Of a stretch of DNA of 64,000 nucleotides, positions 31,164 to 41,122 are shown one piece after another; the first letter of the stretch is position 1, and every line of letters starts with the position of its first letter. The stretch is taken from the NCBI GenBank assembly GCA_965223005.1, contig CBDCVK010000010.1, positions 672,001 to 736,000 of the forward strand, given 5' to 3'. Origin of the DNA: Terriglobia bacterium. Its GTDB lineage: Bacteria > Acidobacteriota > Terriglobia > JAJPHL01 > JAPKYU01. A model generated the notes under the pieces. That model had not been told where the DNA came from. It was given only the letters and a program-made list of their open reading frames with translations, and did not search any database. The translations under genes were made by a program, and so were the position numbers.

Positions 31164-31973
31164 ATGAGTTTGTCGAAGATCGTTGCTCTGGGCACCGGGA
31201 TTTACCATCACTACGGCCTGGAAGCTGCACTGAAAGGGATTCATCGGGCCGGGTGCGGCTATGTGGAGATGGCAGCCAACCCACCACATGCAGAACACGT
31301 TTCCCTCGACATGGACGACGCCGCAGTCGAGGCCCTGCTGGCCAAGCTTCAGCAGTACCGTCTCAAGGTCGTGGCTCTAAACGGCAACATCGGCATGATG
31401 AGGAAAGGCGACGTCGAGCGATCCAAGAAACTCATCAGCCTTGCTCCAAAGCTTGGCGCCGGGGTTGTGGTGAATACACTCGGCGGAGCCGGCCTGGAAG
31501 AGGACTTACCCCCGTTTCTGGCCAACGTCGGGGAGGTGGCGGACCATGCCCGAAAAAACGGTGTCACGATTGGCCTGGAAGTGCACGGCAAGCACACTGC
31601 CAACGGCAAACTCGCTTTGGCCACGGTTCGCGCGGTCAATGACCCAAACGTTAAGATCAACTACGATACCGCCAACTGCATCTATTTCGGCGATACCTTG
31701 CCCTACGAAGACCTGCCGGTTGCTGTCCCCGAAATGGCGCACATCCATCTGAAGGATAAGATCGGCGGCAAGGGAGTATGGAACTTTCCGCCCATAGGAA
31801 TGGGTGAAATTGACTTCGAAAGGGTGCTCAACATCTTGGACGACGGAGGCTATCGAGGTGCGCTGAGCGTGGAGATCGAGTTCGACGACCGGGGCTGGCC
31901 TCCTGTTGCCGAGGTGGACGAGGCTGCAAGCTCCGCCTATCGCACCCTCATGCGATTGCTGGAGACGCACTAG
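31164..31973 (+). CDS. Sugar-phosphate isomerase/epimerase (xylose-isomerase-like TIM barrel), cargo gene
   Basis: Metal-ligand motifs IGLEVH, INYDTAN, HIHLKD, G.GEIDF and LSVEIE. Confidence 0.88.
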   Translation: MSLSKIVALGTGIYHHYGLEAALKGIHRAGCGYVEMAANPPHAEHVSLDMDDAAVEALLAKLQQYRLKVVALNGNIGMMRKGDVERSKKLISLAPKLGAGVVVNTLGGAGLEEDLPPFLANVGEVADHARKNGVTIGLEVHGKHTANGKLALATVRAVNDPNVKINYDTANCIYFGDTLPYEDLPVAVPEMAHIHLKDKIGGKGVWNFPPIGMGEIDFERVLNILDDGGYRGALSVEIEFDDRGWPPVAEVDEAASSAYRTLMRLLETH

Positions 31974-32004
31974 CAGGAGCTGAGGGTTTCTGCCCGCGGC
32001 CGTG

Positions 32005-32168
32005 TCAGGCGCTGAGGTTCTTGAACGACTCCTTCATCTTGCGAAACTCAGCTAGGATACCCTTGAATTGCTTCTTATGCGCTTTCATCTGCAAGCCACG
32101 CTCCCGATTTTGGTCGTCGGTCCATTCAACGAGAATGAGGTGCTGACGCGATTTGTGGAGGATTCCGA
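32005..32168 (-). pseudogene. 3' fragment of an unknown donor-locus gene, truncated at the unit end
   Basis: Open frame GILHKSRQHLILVEWTDDQNRERGLQMKAHKKQFKGILAEFRKMKESFKNLSA* runs from the junction to a stop at 32005. It is blocked by TAA inside the target duplication. Confidence 0.55.
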
Positions 32169-32173
32169 CTTAG

Positions 32174-32660
32174 CCAATTCGCAATTCAGAATCCGCAATC
32201 GCAAGTCCTGGTAAGGTTCCTCACCCCGACCGATCTGGTTTTCGAGGAGAAGCAGGTGCGCGAGCCCGAGTTCCATCACCTCGTGCGTCGCCTGCGGGAC
32301 CGGTTGAACGCGCTGGCTACTTTTTACTGCGGCGGTCCGTTGCAGTTGGACTTCCAGGGTCTGGCTAAGCGCGCCCGGGATGTGGGCTGCCTTCGCCGGG
32401 ACTTGCACTGGGAGGAGCGCCAGCGCCGCTCGGCCCGCACCGGCCGCCGCCACTCAATCGGCGGCTTCCTCGGCGAATCCCTCTTCGGCGCCCCGACCGC
32501 CGACGCCTTTGCCGAATTCCTTCCTCTGCTCCACCTCGGCCAGTACCTCCACGTGGGCAAACATGCGGTGTGGGGCAACGGCTGGTACGAAATACAGGGT
32601 AGAGAATTCTCGACCGAAGCCCAGCCGGAAACTCAACGCAAGGCCGCGCTGAGGGTATAA
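32174..32660 (+). pseudogene. cas6: Cas6-family endoribonuclease, C-terminal part (interrupted)
   Basis: VRFLTPT, PEFHHLVRRLRDRL, RRSART, IGGFLG and the Gly-rich loop HVGKHAVWGNGWY. Confidence 0.85.
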
Positions 32661-32713
32661 TAGTGCCCGAAGAAGAGGGGACTGAACTTGCCGGGAATGT
32701 GTTGTACTGACTT

Positions 32714-32788
32714 TGGATTGTTTCCAACGCGCGGACGGCTCAGGCAGCTGACAGCTGACAGGTGAAGACGCGCGTTGGACGCAATCCA
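32714..32788. repeat. 20-bp-arm inverted repeat downstream of cas6
   Basis: tggattgtttccaacgcgcg / cgcgcgttggacgcaatcca (18/20). The loop contains cagctga cagctga caggtga. Confidence 0.8.
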
Positions 32789-32918
32789 TCCTCTCCCAGA
32801 GAACGCCCACTCCAAGGTTTACAGTTGCAATGAGGAAGTCGGCCCCTGCCGCGGGATGGCCTGCCGCGCGCCTGGCACAAGCAAGAGCGGGTGAAGGGGA
32901 CTACCAGACTGGACAGGG

Positions 32919-34622
<1,704 letters not shown>

Positions 34623-34695
34623 AACCTGCCAACTCCTCTCCAGAACGCCGCCGGCCAGGGGTGGGCTGGCACAGACACACTTCAGCCCTTTAGAT

Positions 34696-34724
34696 TAGAC
34701 GACTTAACCCCCATCAGAGTTTCA
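34696..34724 (-). promoter_or_regulatory. Putative ECF-type promoter TGAAAC-N17-CGTCTA upstream of rpoD
   Basis: AAC/CGT motif. The -10 context CGTCTAATCT is identical to the one upstream of the macA-like gene. Confidence 0.55.
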
Positions 34725-34743
34725 AAAAGGAAGAGAATCCCCT

Positions 34744-34773
34744 ATAATAATCACAAAGGAACCATTTTGTCAA
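34744..34773 (-). promoter_or_regulatory. Putative sigma-70 promoter TTGACA-N18-TATTAT for rpoD
   Basis: Near-consensus boxes in the AT-rich dnaG-rpoD spacer. Confidence 0.6.
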
Positions 34774-34883
34774 CAGATTCCGGGAAAACATCATGCTCTG
34801 GCGGGCGGTTCAGGAGGGACACGCCAGCCTGTTGGGCCAGGCTTGGCCTTGGGGGAGCAACCAAAGCTTAGCCTTGGCCAGCC

Positions 34884-36668
34884 TTAGCCTTGGCGAAGCA
34901 AATGGTGAGGAGCATTCAATTCGGCGTCAATCTGGCTAATTTCCAACGCAATTTGGGCTTGAGCCCGCGCCTCCTCCGCACTGCGCGGGGAACCAGCAGT
35001 CGCCAGCTGTCGACGCTTCTGCTCCCGGACCCGCCGCAATTGACCTAACCGGCGAAGTTCCTCAACATACTGCTGCGCCTTGTCCGGCGCGATCAGTTCC
35101 ACTGCCTCCTGATGGACGATCCCGGCCAGACGCGCGCGATCCGGCGGCTCCAGCCGGTCGAACAGGGCTGTCACGTCCAAAGCTTCTCCCGAGGGCAAGT
35201 CCAGGGCCGAGAGGGCGGCAAAGATGGGCCGGGTGACCCAATCGGCCCACAGGTCGGCCTCGGATAAAACCTGCAACAGGCTTGACCGCGCCGCCGGGTT
35301 CTCCAGAATCACTCGCAGCAATTCCTTCTCGTACTGGGAAGCATTGGGCGCCGCAGCTCCGGACCAGGGACGCCGATCGGCGGCAGCGGCAGACAACTCG
35401 CGGCCGACCACTTGCCGGTCCAGACCCAGCCGATCCGCCAGGTCTTTGGCCAGCTCGGCTCGCTCCATGGAGTCCGGCAATTTATTGATGTACTGCAGAA
35501 TATGACGTGCGGCGGCGGCCCGTCCCGCGGCGCTGCCCAGATCGAACAGCGTACGCGCCCGCTCCACCAGAAAGGCGAAGAAAGAAGGGGCAGCCTCCAG
35601 TTGCGCGCGGTAGGCTTCCGGCCCCTGGGAACGGATGAACTGGTCGGGGTCCTGGCCGGTGGGCAGCGCCAGCACGCTGACTTTCAGGCCCTCTTCCAGC
35701 AGCGTGGACAATGACCGCTCGGTGGCCGCCGACCCAGCCGCGTCCGGGTCGTAGTTGACCACTACCGTCTTGACCAGCGGCGCCAGCGCCTTGACCTGGA
35801 GCAGCGTCAGGCTGGTGCCGCAACTGGCAACCACATTGCTAACCCCGGCGGAGAAGACGGCCAGGGCGTCCATGTACCCCTCCACCAGCACCACCAGCTC
35901 CTGGCGGCGCATCCCTTCCCGGGCGCGGTGGAAGTTGAACAGCACGCGACTCTTGCGATAGATGAGGGTTTCCGGAGAATTCAGATACTTCGGTTGATCT
36001 TCCTTGCGCAGCGCGCGGCCACCGAATGCGATCACCTTGCCTGCTTCGTTGCCGATAGGAAACATGAGGCGCCCGCGAAAGCGGTCGAAGTGGCCGCCAG
36101 AGTCGCGCTTCAGAACCAGCCCGCTGGCCTCCAGCACCTCCGTGCCACAGCTCGGACCAAGCTGGCGGAGCAGAGCGCTGCCGGAAGCGGGCGCATAACC
36201 CAGTCGGAACTCGGCCGCCATCTCGGGGGACACCCCGCGCCGCTCCAGGTATTGCCGGACGGCTGCCCCTTCAGCCGATTGGAGCCGCCGTTGGAAGAAG
36301 GCAGCCGCTGTCTCGTGCATCTCCAGCAGCGCAGCCCGCAGGCGAACTTCGGCGTCGGCCTCCGGACCCCGCGCCCGAGGCAGCGGGATGCCAGCCCGCT
36401 CGGCCAGCCGGCGCACGGCTTCCGGGAAGGTGAGTCGTTCTGTCTCCATGACGAATTTAAAGACGTCGCCGGAAGCGCCGCAGCCGAAGCAGTGGTAAAA
36501 CTGCAGCCCGCCGTGGACGGAAAATGAGGGGGTCTTCTCCTGATGGAAGGGGCATAGGCCCATATAGCGCGCCCCGCCGCTCCGCTTCAGCCGCACGTGC
36601 TCGCCGACCAGCCGCACAATTTCGGTCGACTGCTTGACCTGGTAGGCGAAGTCCCCGGGCTGGGCCAT
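34884..36668 (-). CDS. dnaG: DNA primase
   Basis: CPFH..TPSF..CFGC zinc finger, FRGRLMFPI, KYLNSPET, VEGYMD and YDPDAAG motifs. Start at ATG 36668. Confidence 0.96.
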   Translation of the reverse strand: MAQPGDFAYQVKQSTEIVRLVGEHVRLKRSGGARYMGLCPFHQEKTPSFSVHGGLQFYHCFGCGASGDVFKFVMETERLTFPEAVRRLAERAGIPLPRARGPEADAEVRLRAALLEMHETAAAFFQRRLQSAEGAAVRQYLERRGVSPEMAAEFRLGYAPASGSALLRQLGPSCGTEVLEASGLVLKRDSGGHFDRFRGRLMFPIGNEAGKVIAFGGRALRKEDQPKYLNSPETLIYRKSRVLFNFHRAREGMRRQELVVLVEGYMDALAVFSAGVSNVVASCGTSLTLLQVKALAPLVKTVVVNYDPDAAGSAATERSLSTLLEEGLKVSVLALPTGQDPDQFIRSQGPEAYRAQLEAAPSFFAFLVERARTLFDLGSAAGRAAAARHILQYINKLPDSMERAELAKDLADRLGLDRQVVGRELSAAAADRRPWSGAAAPNASQYEKELLRVILENPAARSSLLQVLSEADLWADWVTRPIFAALSALDLPSGEALDVTALFDRLEPPDRARLAGIVHQEAVELIAPDKAQQYVEELRRLGQLRRVREQKRRQLATAGSPRSAEEARAQAQIALEISQIDAELNAPHHLLRQG

Positions 36669-36747
36669 GCCGCGCGTAATAGTAAACCAGTGCGGGCTCC
36701 AGAACAACGCCAGCACAATGTGGGTGGGCGGGTCGCTGCGCGAGAAA

Positions 36748-37491
36748 CTATCTGGTTCGTTCGTCGCTGGCGACTCTGCCGTCTCGAATGTGAATGACTC
36801 GATGTGCGCAGGCACCGATGTCGTGCTCGTGCGTCACCAACACGATGGTGTTTCCCTGGGCATGCAGACGGTCGAACAGTTCCATGATTTCCCGGCTGGT
36901 GGCCGAGTCCAGGTTGCCGGTGGGCTCATCAGCCAGCAGGATCGAGGGATGGTTGACCAGGGCCCGGGCGATGGCCACTCGCTGACGCTCGCCGCCCGAC
37001 AGCTCGCTGGGCCTGTGGCGCATGCGGTCCTCCAGGTCCACCAGCCGCAGAGTCTCCTGGGCTCGGAGCAGCCGCTCCTGAGCCGGCGTCCCGTTGTAAA
37101 TCAGGGGCAGCTCCACATTGTGCAGCGCGGAGGCTCGCCCCAGCAGGTTGAAGGTTTGGAAGACGAAGCCGATTTCCTTGTTGCGGATGAAGGCCAGCTG
37201 GTCGTCACTCAGGTCGCTAACCAGCCGCCCGTTGAGCCAGTAGCGGCCGCCGGAAGCCGTATCCAGGCACCCGATCAGGTTCATCAGGGTGGATTTGCCC
37301 GAACCGGAGGGCCCCATGACCGCCACGTATTCGTTGCGCTGGATTTCCAAGGTCACGGCGCAGACCGCCTGGATTTCGACCGAGCCCATCAGGTAGGTCT
37401 TGTACAAATCCTCGGTTTTGATCAATACGCTGTCGGGGGGTGGGTTGGGCTGCTGGCCAGCGGAGTCTAGTTCCGCTCTAGAAGACGCCAT
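36748..37491 (-). CDS. ABC transporter ATP-binding protein (MacB/LolD-like)
   Basis: [33 protein letters not shown] and VTHE motifs. Confidence 0.93.
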   Translation of the reverse strand: MASSRAELDSAGQQPNPPPDSVLIKTEDLYKTYLMGSVEIQAVCAVTLEIQRNEYVAVMGPSGSGKSTLMNLIGCLDTASGGRYWLNGRLVSDLSDDQLAFIRNKEIGFVFQTFNLLGRASALHNVELPLIYNGTPAQERLLRAQETLRLVDLEDRMRHRPSELSGGERQRVAIARALVNHPSILLADEPTGNLDSATSREIMELFDRLHAQGNTIVLVTHEHDIGACAHRVIHIRDGRVASDERTR

Positions 37492-37556
37492 TCCTCGCTT
37501 GCTCCGTTGCTTCGGTGGCTGGCAATGCGGTGATCCGGTCTTGTTGTGTCCTAGGG

Positions 37557-38987
37557 TTATTCTTCCTTTTTGGGCGCTTTGTTGTCCACCCGGACCCTGG
37601 CATGGCTGCGGATGGTGCGCAACACCTTGTAGCTGCCGGTGACGATTTCCTCGCCGTCGCTTAGGCCGCTAGTGACCTCAATGTCGGTTGTGCCGATGAT
37701 GCCAGTCTCGACCGGCACAAACTCCACTCGTTTGTCGCGCGCCACAAAGACACCCTGAATCTCCTTCTTCCCGTCTTTCTCCCTCCGCCGGGCCTCGGGA
37801 CCGGCGGCCAGGGCGGCCCCGGCCTTCGAGTCCTCTTCCTCATCTTCTTCCAAGTCTGACTTCTGGCGGATGGTGAGCGCCTGGATGGGAATCGCCAGGA
37901 CGCCCTTCTTGCTCGCCGTCCGGATTCTCGCCGTGGTGGAGAGCCCCGGGCGCAGGTTGTCGGGAGGCGACTCCAGGGTCACCACCACCCTAAAGTCCTT
38001 GGCTTCCTGGCTGGCAACATTGGACTGAGCGGCGGCCATGCCTGTGGAACGGATGATGGCGGTGGTACCAATCTCGGTCACTTTCCCCTGGAAGGTCTGG
38101 TTGGGGAAGGCGTCCACGGAGACCTCGCCGGACTGACCCAGGTGCACGTTGACGATGTCGGTCTCATCCACCTTCACCTCAGCGGTGATCACCGACAGCT
38201 CGGCGATGGTCATCAGCAGGCTCCCCGGCGAGTTCTGGATACCCCTGACGACACTCTCACCGACGTGTACGGGCAGGTCGGTCACCACCCCGTCCAGTGG
38301 GGCGTAAAAGCTGTGTTGGTGTAGGACGTCGGAGGCGCGTGTCAGGCCAGCCCTGGACTGCCCAATGCGAGTCCTTGCCGTCTGCCGCTGTGATCGGGCC
38401 TGCTCCAACAGGGCACGAGTCTGCGCCACGCGGGCCTCCGTCTGGGCCACAACCGCCAACGCCACCTCATAGGCCGCGCTGGCCGCATCATATTGCGCCT
38501 TGCTGATCAGCTCGTCGCCGAACAACGCCTCGGCGCGTTGGAACTCCAACCGGGCCTTCTCCAGTTCTGCCTGGCTCCGCAACAGGTCGGCCTCCGCCGT
38601 GCGCTGGGCGGCCTTCGCTGAGCCGACAGAAGCTCCGGCAGCGGCGGCGTCCGCCTCAGAAGCCCGCAGCGCAGCCCGCTGGGCCTCGACGTCGGCTGAG
38701 GGTTGGACCGATTCCAGACGCGCCAGCAACTGGCCCTTTTGGACCGCATCTCCCTCCCGGATCAGAATTTCGGTAATCCGGCCGAAGGCGGTAGCGTTAA
38801 TGTTGACGTAGTTCAGCGGCTTGATCTCGCCGGAGGCGGTCACCACGGAGACCAAGTCCTGGCGGACGACTCTGCCAGTCTGTACGGTCACCACTTCCCT
38901 GCGGTTGATTTTAATGCCGACGACGACGAGGATGGCCACCAGCAACGCAGCCCCGGTAGTTAACGCGATCTTTTTCCGCTTAGTCAC
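37557..38987 (-). CDS. Periplasmic adaptor/membrane fusion protein (MacA/HlyD-like)
   Basis: N-terminal TM, lipoyl-like halves ([11 protein letters not shown]; APLDGVV), long coiled coil, VDETDI and LRPGLS motifs. Confidence 0.9.
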   Translation of the reverse strand: MTKRKKIALTTGAALLVAILVVVGIKINRREVVTVQTGRVVRQDLVSVVTASGEIKPLNYVNINATAFGRITEILIREGDAVQKGQLLARLESVQPSADVEAQRAALRASEADAAAAGASVGSAKAAQRTAEADLLRSQAELEKARLEFQRAEALFGDELISKAQYDAASAAYEVALAVVAQTEARVAQTRALLEQARSQRQTARTRIGQSRAGLTRASDVLHQHSFYAPLDGVVTDLPVHVGESVVRGIQNSPGSLLMTIAELSVITAEVKVDETDIVNVHLGQSGEVSVDAFPNQTFQGKVTEIGTTAIIRSTGMAAAQSNVASQEAKDFRVVVTLESPPDNLRPGLSTTARIRTASKKGVLAIPIQALTIRQKSDLEEDEEEDSKAGAALAAGPEARRREKDGKKEIQGVFVARDKRVEFVPVETGIIGTTDIEVTSGLSDGEEIVTGSYKVLRTIRSHARVRVDNKAPKKEE

Positions 38988-39093
38988 AAGGCCTTCCCGT
39001 CAGTGCCGCACCGGGCGCAAATCCACACGGTCCCCCTTGTTTCCCCTTTACGCCGGACGAGCCGCTGGCGATCTTAAGGTCCCAATTCGATAA

Positions 39094-39163
39094 TACGCAA
39101 AACCCCACCCAAGGTTCCAGTAGTCCTTTTCAGATTAGACGATCAGAGCCGGGCAAGGTTGCC
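39094..39163 (-). promoter_or_regulatory. Two tandem ECF-type promoter motifs (GGCAAC-N16-CGTCTA; GGAAC-N16-CGTA)
   Basis: Located at 39136-39163 and 39094-39118 on the minus strand, upstream of the macA-like gene. Confidence 0.55.
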
Positions 39164-39469
39164 AAGAATCCGAAGGGTGTCCTGGATGGCGGGTACTCAC
39201 AAGACACTAAGCCCAAGCACCTCAGCAGGTCTGCCGGAGCGGTCAACTATCGCATTGGCCGAGGGCCCACCGAGCCAAGCCAGGCAATATTGCCAGGCAG
39301 TATTGAATGCCGCCTACCAGACACTTCCGGGCCACTTCCTCAACCGGAGGCAGCCCAGGAGCGCAAAGACTCCTTGACAGCGACAGATTGCTTGACGAAC
39401 GGGAGGCAAGGCTCTTAGAATTGAGGGTGTTGTAGTGTCGGCTGTGTGTTGCCGAAGGCGAGGTTTGCT

Positions 39470-41122
39470 ATGAAACTCAAGGCTTGGGTCCCCTTCCTAT
39501 TGTTTGCCGTTTTCCTCTTTTTGCTGGCCGGGCCCGTTGCGGCTAAAGACAAGGACAAGGACGGCCGGTCACGGCTCAGCAACAAAGAGCGCGAGCGCCG
39601 GCGGCGCTCCCTGGAAAAGGAGCTAAATCGGCCCTTTCAAAGGTGGCTCAAAGAAGACGTCGCCTATATCATCACCGAAGAGGAGCGGAAAACTTTCAAG
39701 CGCCTTCAGAACGCGGAAGAACGGGAGCAGTTTATCGAGCAGTTCTGGCTGCGCCGTGATCCGACGCCGGACAGCGTAGAGAACGAGTACAAAGAAGAGA
39801 TGTACCGGCGTATTGCGTATGCCAATCAATACTTCGGCTCGGGATTTGCGGGCTGGAGAAGCGACCGGGGCCGCATCTACATCACCTTCGGCCCGCCCGA
39901 CGAAAGAGAAGAGAACGTCGGGGGCGGCATGTACCAAAGGCCTATGGACGAAGGCGGAGGCTTTACCCAAACCTACCCGTTCGAGAGATGGCGGTATCGC
40001 TACCTCGAGGAAATCGGCACCAACATAGAGATCGAGTTTGTGGATAAGAGCTTGACCGGGGAGTTCCGCATGGCGATGGATCCCTCGGAGAAGGACGCGC
40101 TTATAAATATACCTGGCGCCGGGCTGACCCATCTGGAGGCGATGGGCATGGCCAGCAAGGTCGATCGCGTTTTGGGCATCGAACACCAACAAATCGGCCA
40201 GGGCTCGACCATGAGGCCCTACAGCCCCAGCAAAAGCAGGTTCGAGCGCATGGACCAGTTCGTCAAGTTGCAGAGACCCCCGCCGGTCAAGTTTAAGGAC
40301 CTGGAGGAAGTGGTCGGAACCAGGATCAGCTACAACCTGTTCCCTTTCGAGGTCCGCACCGATTTCGTTCGTGTTACCTCCAGCACGGTGCTGGCGGCGC
40401 TGACCGTGCAAGTCAATGTCAAGGACATGACCTTCGAGGACATGGAGGGGATCCAGCGGGGGCTGGTGAACGTCTTCGGGCGGGTCACCACGCTGACCGG
40501 GCGCGTCGTACAAACCTTTGAGGATGTCATACATGTAGATGTGCCGGCCGAGCAGTTGGAGCTGTATCTAAACCAGAAGCGCGTCTACTGGCAGGGGATG
40601 CCGCTGCGGTCCGGCTTGTACCGGCTGGATCTGGTGCTGAAGGACATTCATAGCGGCAACATGGGAACCAGCCGGATGGCCCTGCGCGTGCCCCGCTACT
40701 ATGAGGATACGCTGGCCGCCTCCAGCCTGATTCTGGCCGATCGGCTGGAAAGGGTTTCCACCAGGCAGATCGGCAAGGGACAGTTTGTCATTGGTTCTAC
40801 GAAAGTGCGGCCCAGCGTCGAGGAAAAGTTTAGCCGCAACCAGCGCTTGGGCATCTACCTCCAAGTCTACAATCTGGCCACCGACGAGAAGACTCGCAAG
40901 CCTTCGGCCACCGTCGAGTACGCTTTGCAGAAGAATGGCCAGACCCTGTTCCAGCTCACCGAGAACAGCGACCAGATCAAGGGCGCCTTCCAGCAGATAA
41001 CGGTGGAGAAGTTGCTCCCGCTGGAGAGCCTGGAACCGGGCCGGTACAAGTTGCAGGTAAAAGTGACGGATCGGATCAAAAAGCAATCCATCACCCCTAC
41101 CGCGACGTTTACGATACAATAG
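39470..41122 (+). CDS. GWxTD-domain exported protein
   Basis: Signal peptide; WLKEDVAYIIT..FIEQFWLRRDPTP..NE..RRIAYAN..GWRSDRGRIYITFGPPD. Confidence 0.88.
   Translation: MKLKAWVPFLLFAVFLFLLAGPVAAKDKDKDGRSRLSNKERERRRRSLEKELNRPFQRWLKEDVAYIITEEERKTFKRLQNAEEREQFIEQFWLRRDPTPDSVENEYKEEMYRRIAYANQYFGSGFAGWRSDRGRIYITFGPPDEREENVGGGMYQRPMDEGGGFTQTYPFERWRYRYLEEIGTNIEIEFVDKSLTGEFRMAMDPSEKDALINIPGAGLTHLEAMGMASKVDRVLGIEHQQIGQGSTMRPYSPSKSRFERMDQFVKLQRPPPVKFKDLEEVVGTRISYNLFPFEVRTDFVRVTSSTVLAALTVQVNVKDMTFEDMEGIQRGLVNVFGRVTTLTGRVVQTFEDVIHVDVPAEQLELYLNQKRVYWQGMPLRSGLYRLDLVLKDIHSGNMGTSRMALRVPRYYEDTLAASSLILADRLERVSTRQIGKGQFVIGSTKVRPSVEEKFSRNQRLGIYLQVYNLATDEKTRKPSATVEYALQKNGQTLFQLTENSDQIKGAFQQITVEKLLPLESLEPGRYKLQVKVTDRIKKQSITPTATFTIQ

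Larger units (their letters stand above)
29444..32168 (+). mobile_element. IS1380-driven transposition unit (IS + captured DNA) with CTTAG target duplication
   Basis: CTTAG at 29439-29443 and 32169-32173. Excision fuses the cas6 halves in frame. The distal end (tggaggattccga) resembles the IRR (tggaaattccggg). Confidence 0.85.

Noticed and set aside
29444-32168. Self-splicing intron/IStron that would restore cas6 mRNA
   Set aside because: No group I/II intron features or reverse transcriptase were recognised. Terminal IRs, a DDE transposase and a target duplication explain the insertion as DNA transposition.
32820-32870. Annotating a CRISPR repeat/array after cas6
   Set aside because: Only one loosely repeat-like string, no ATTGAAAC-type end and no second copy. 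Kept only as a hypothesis in the findings.
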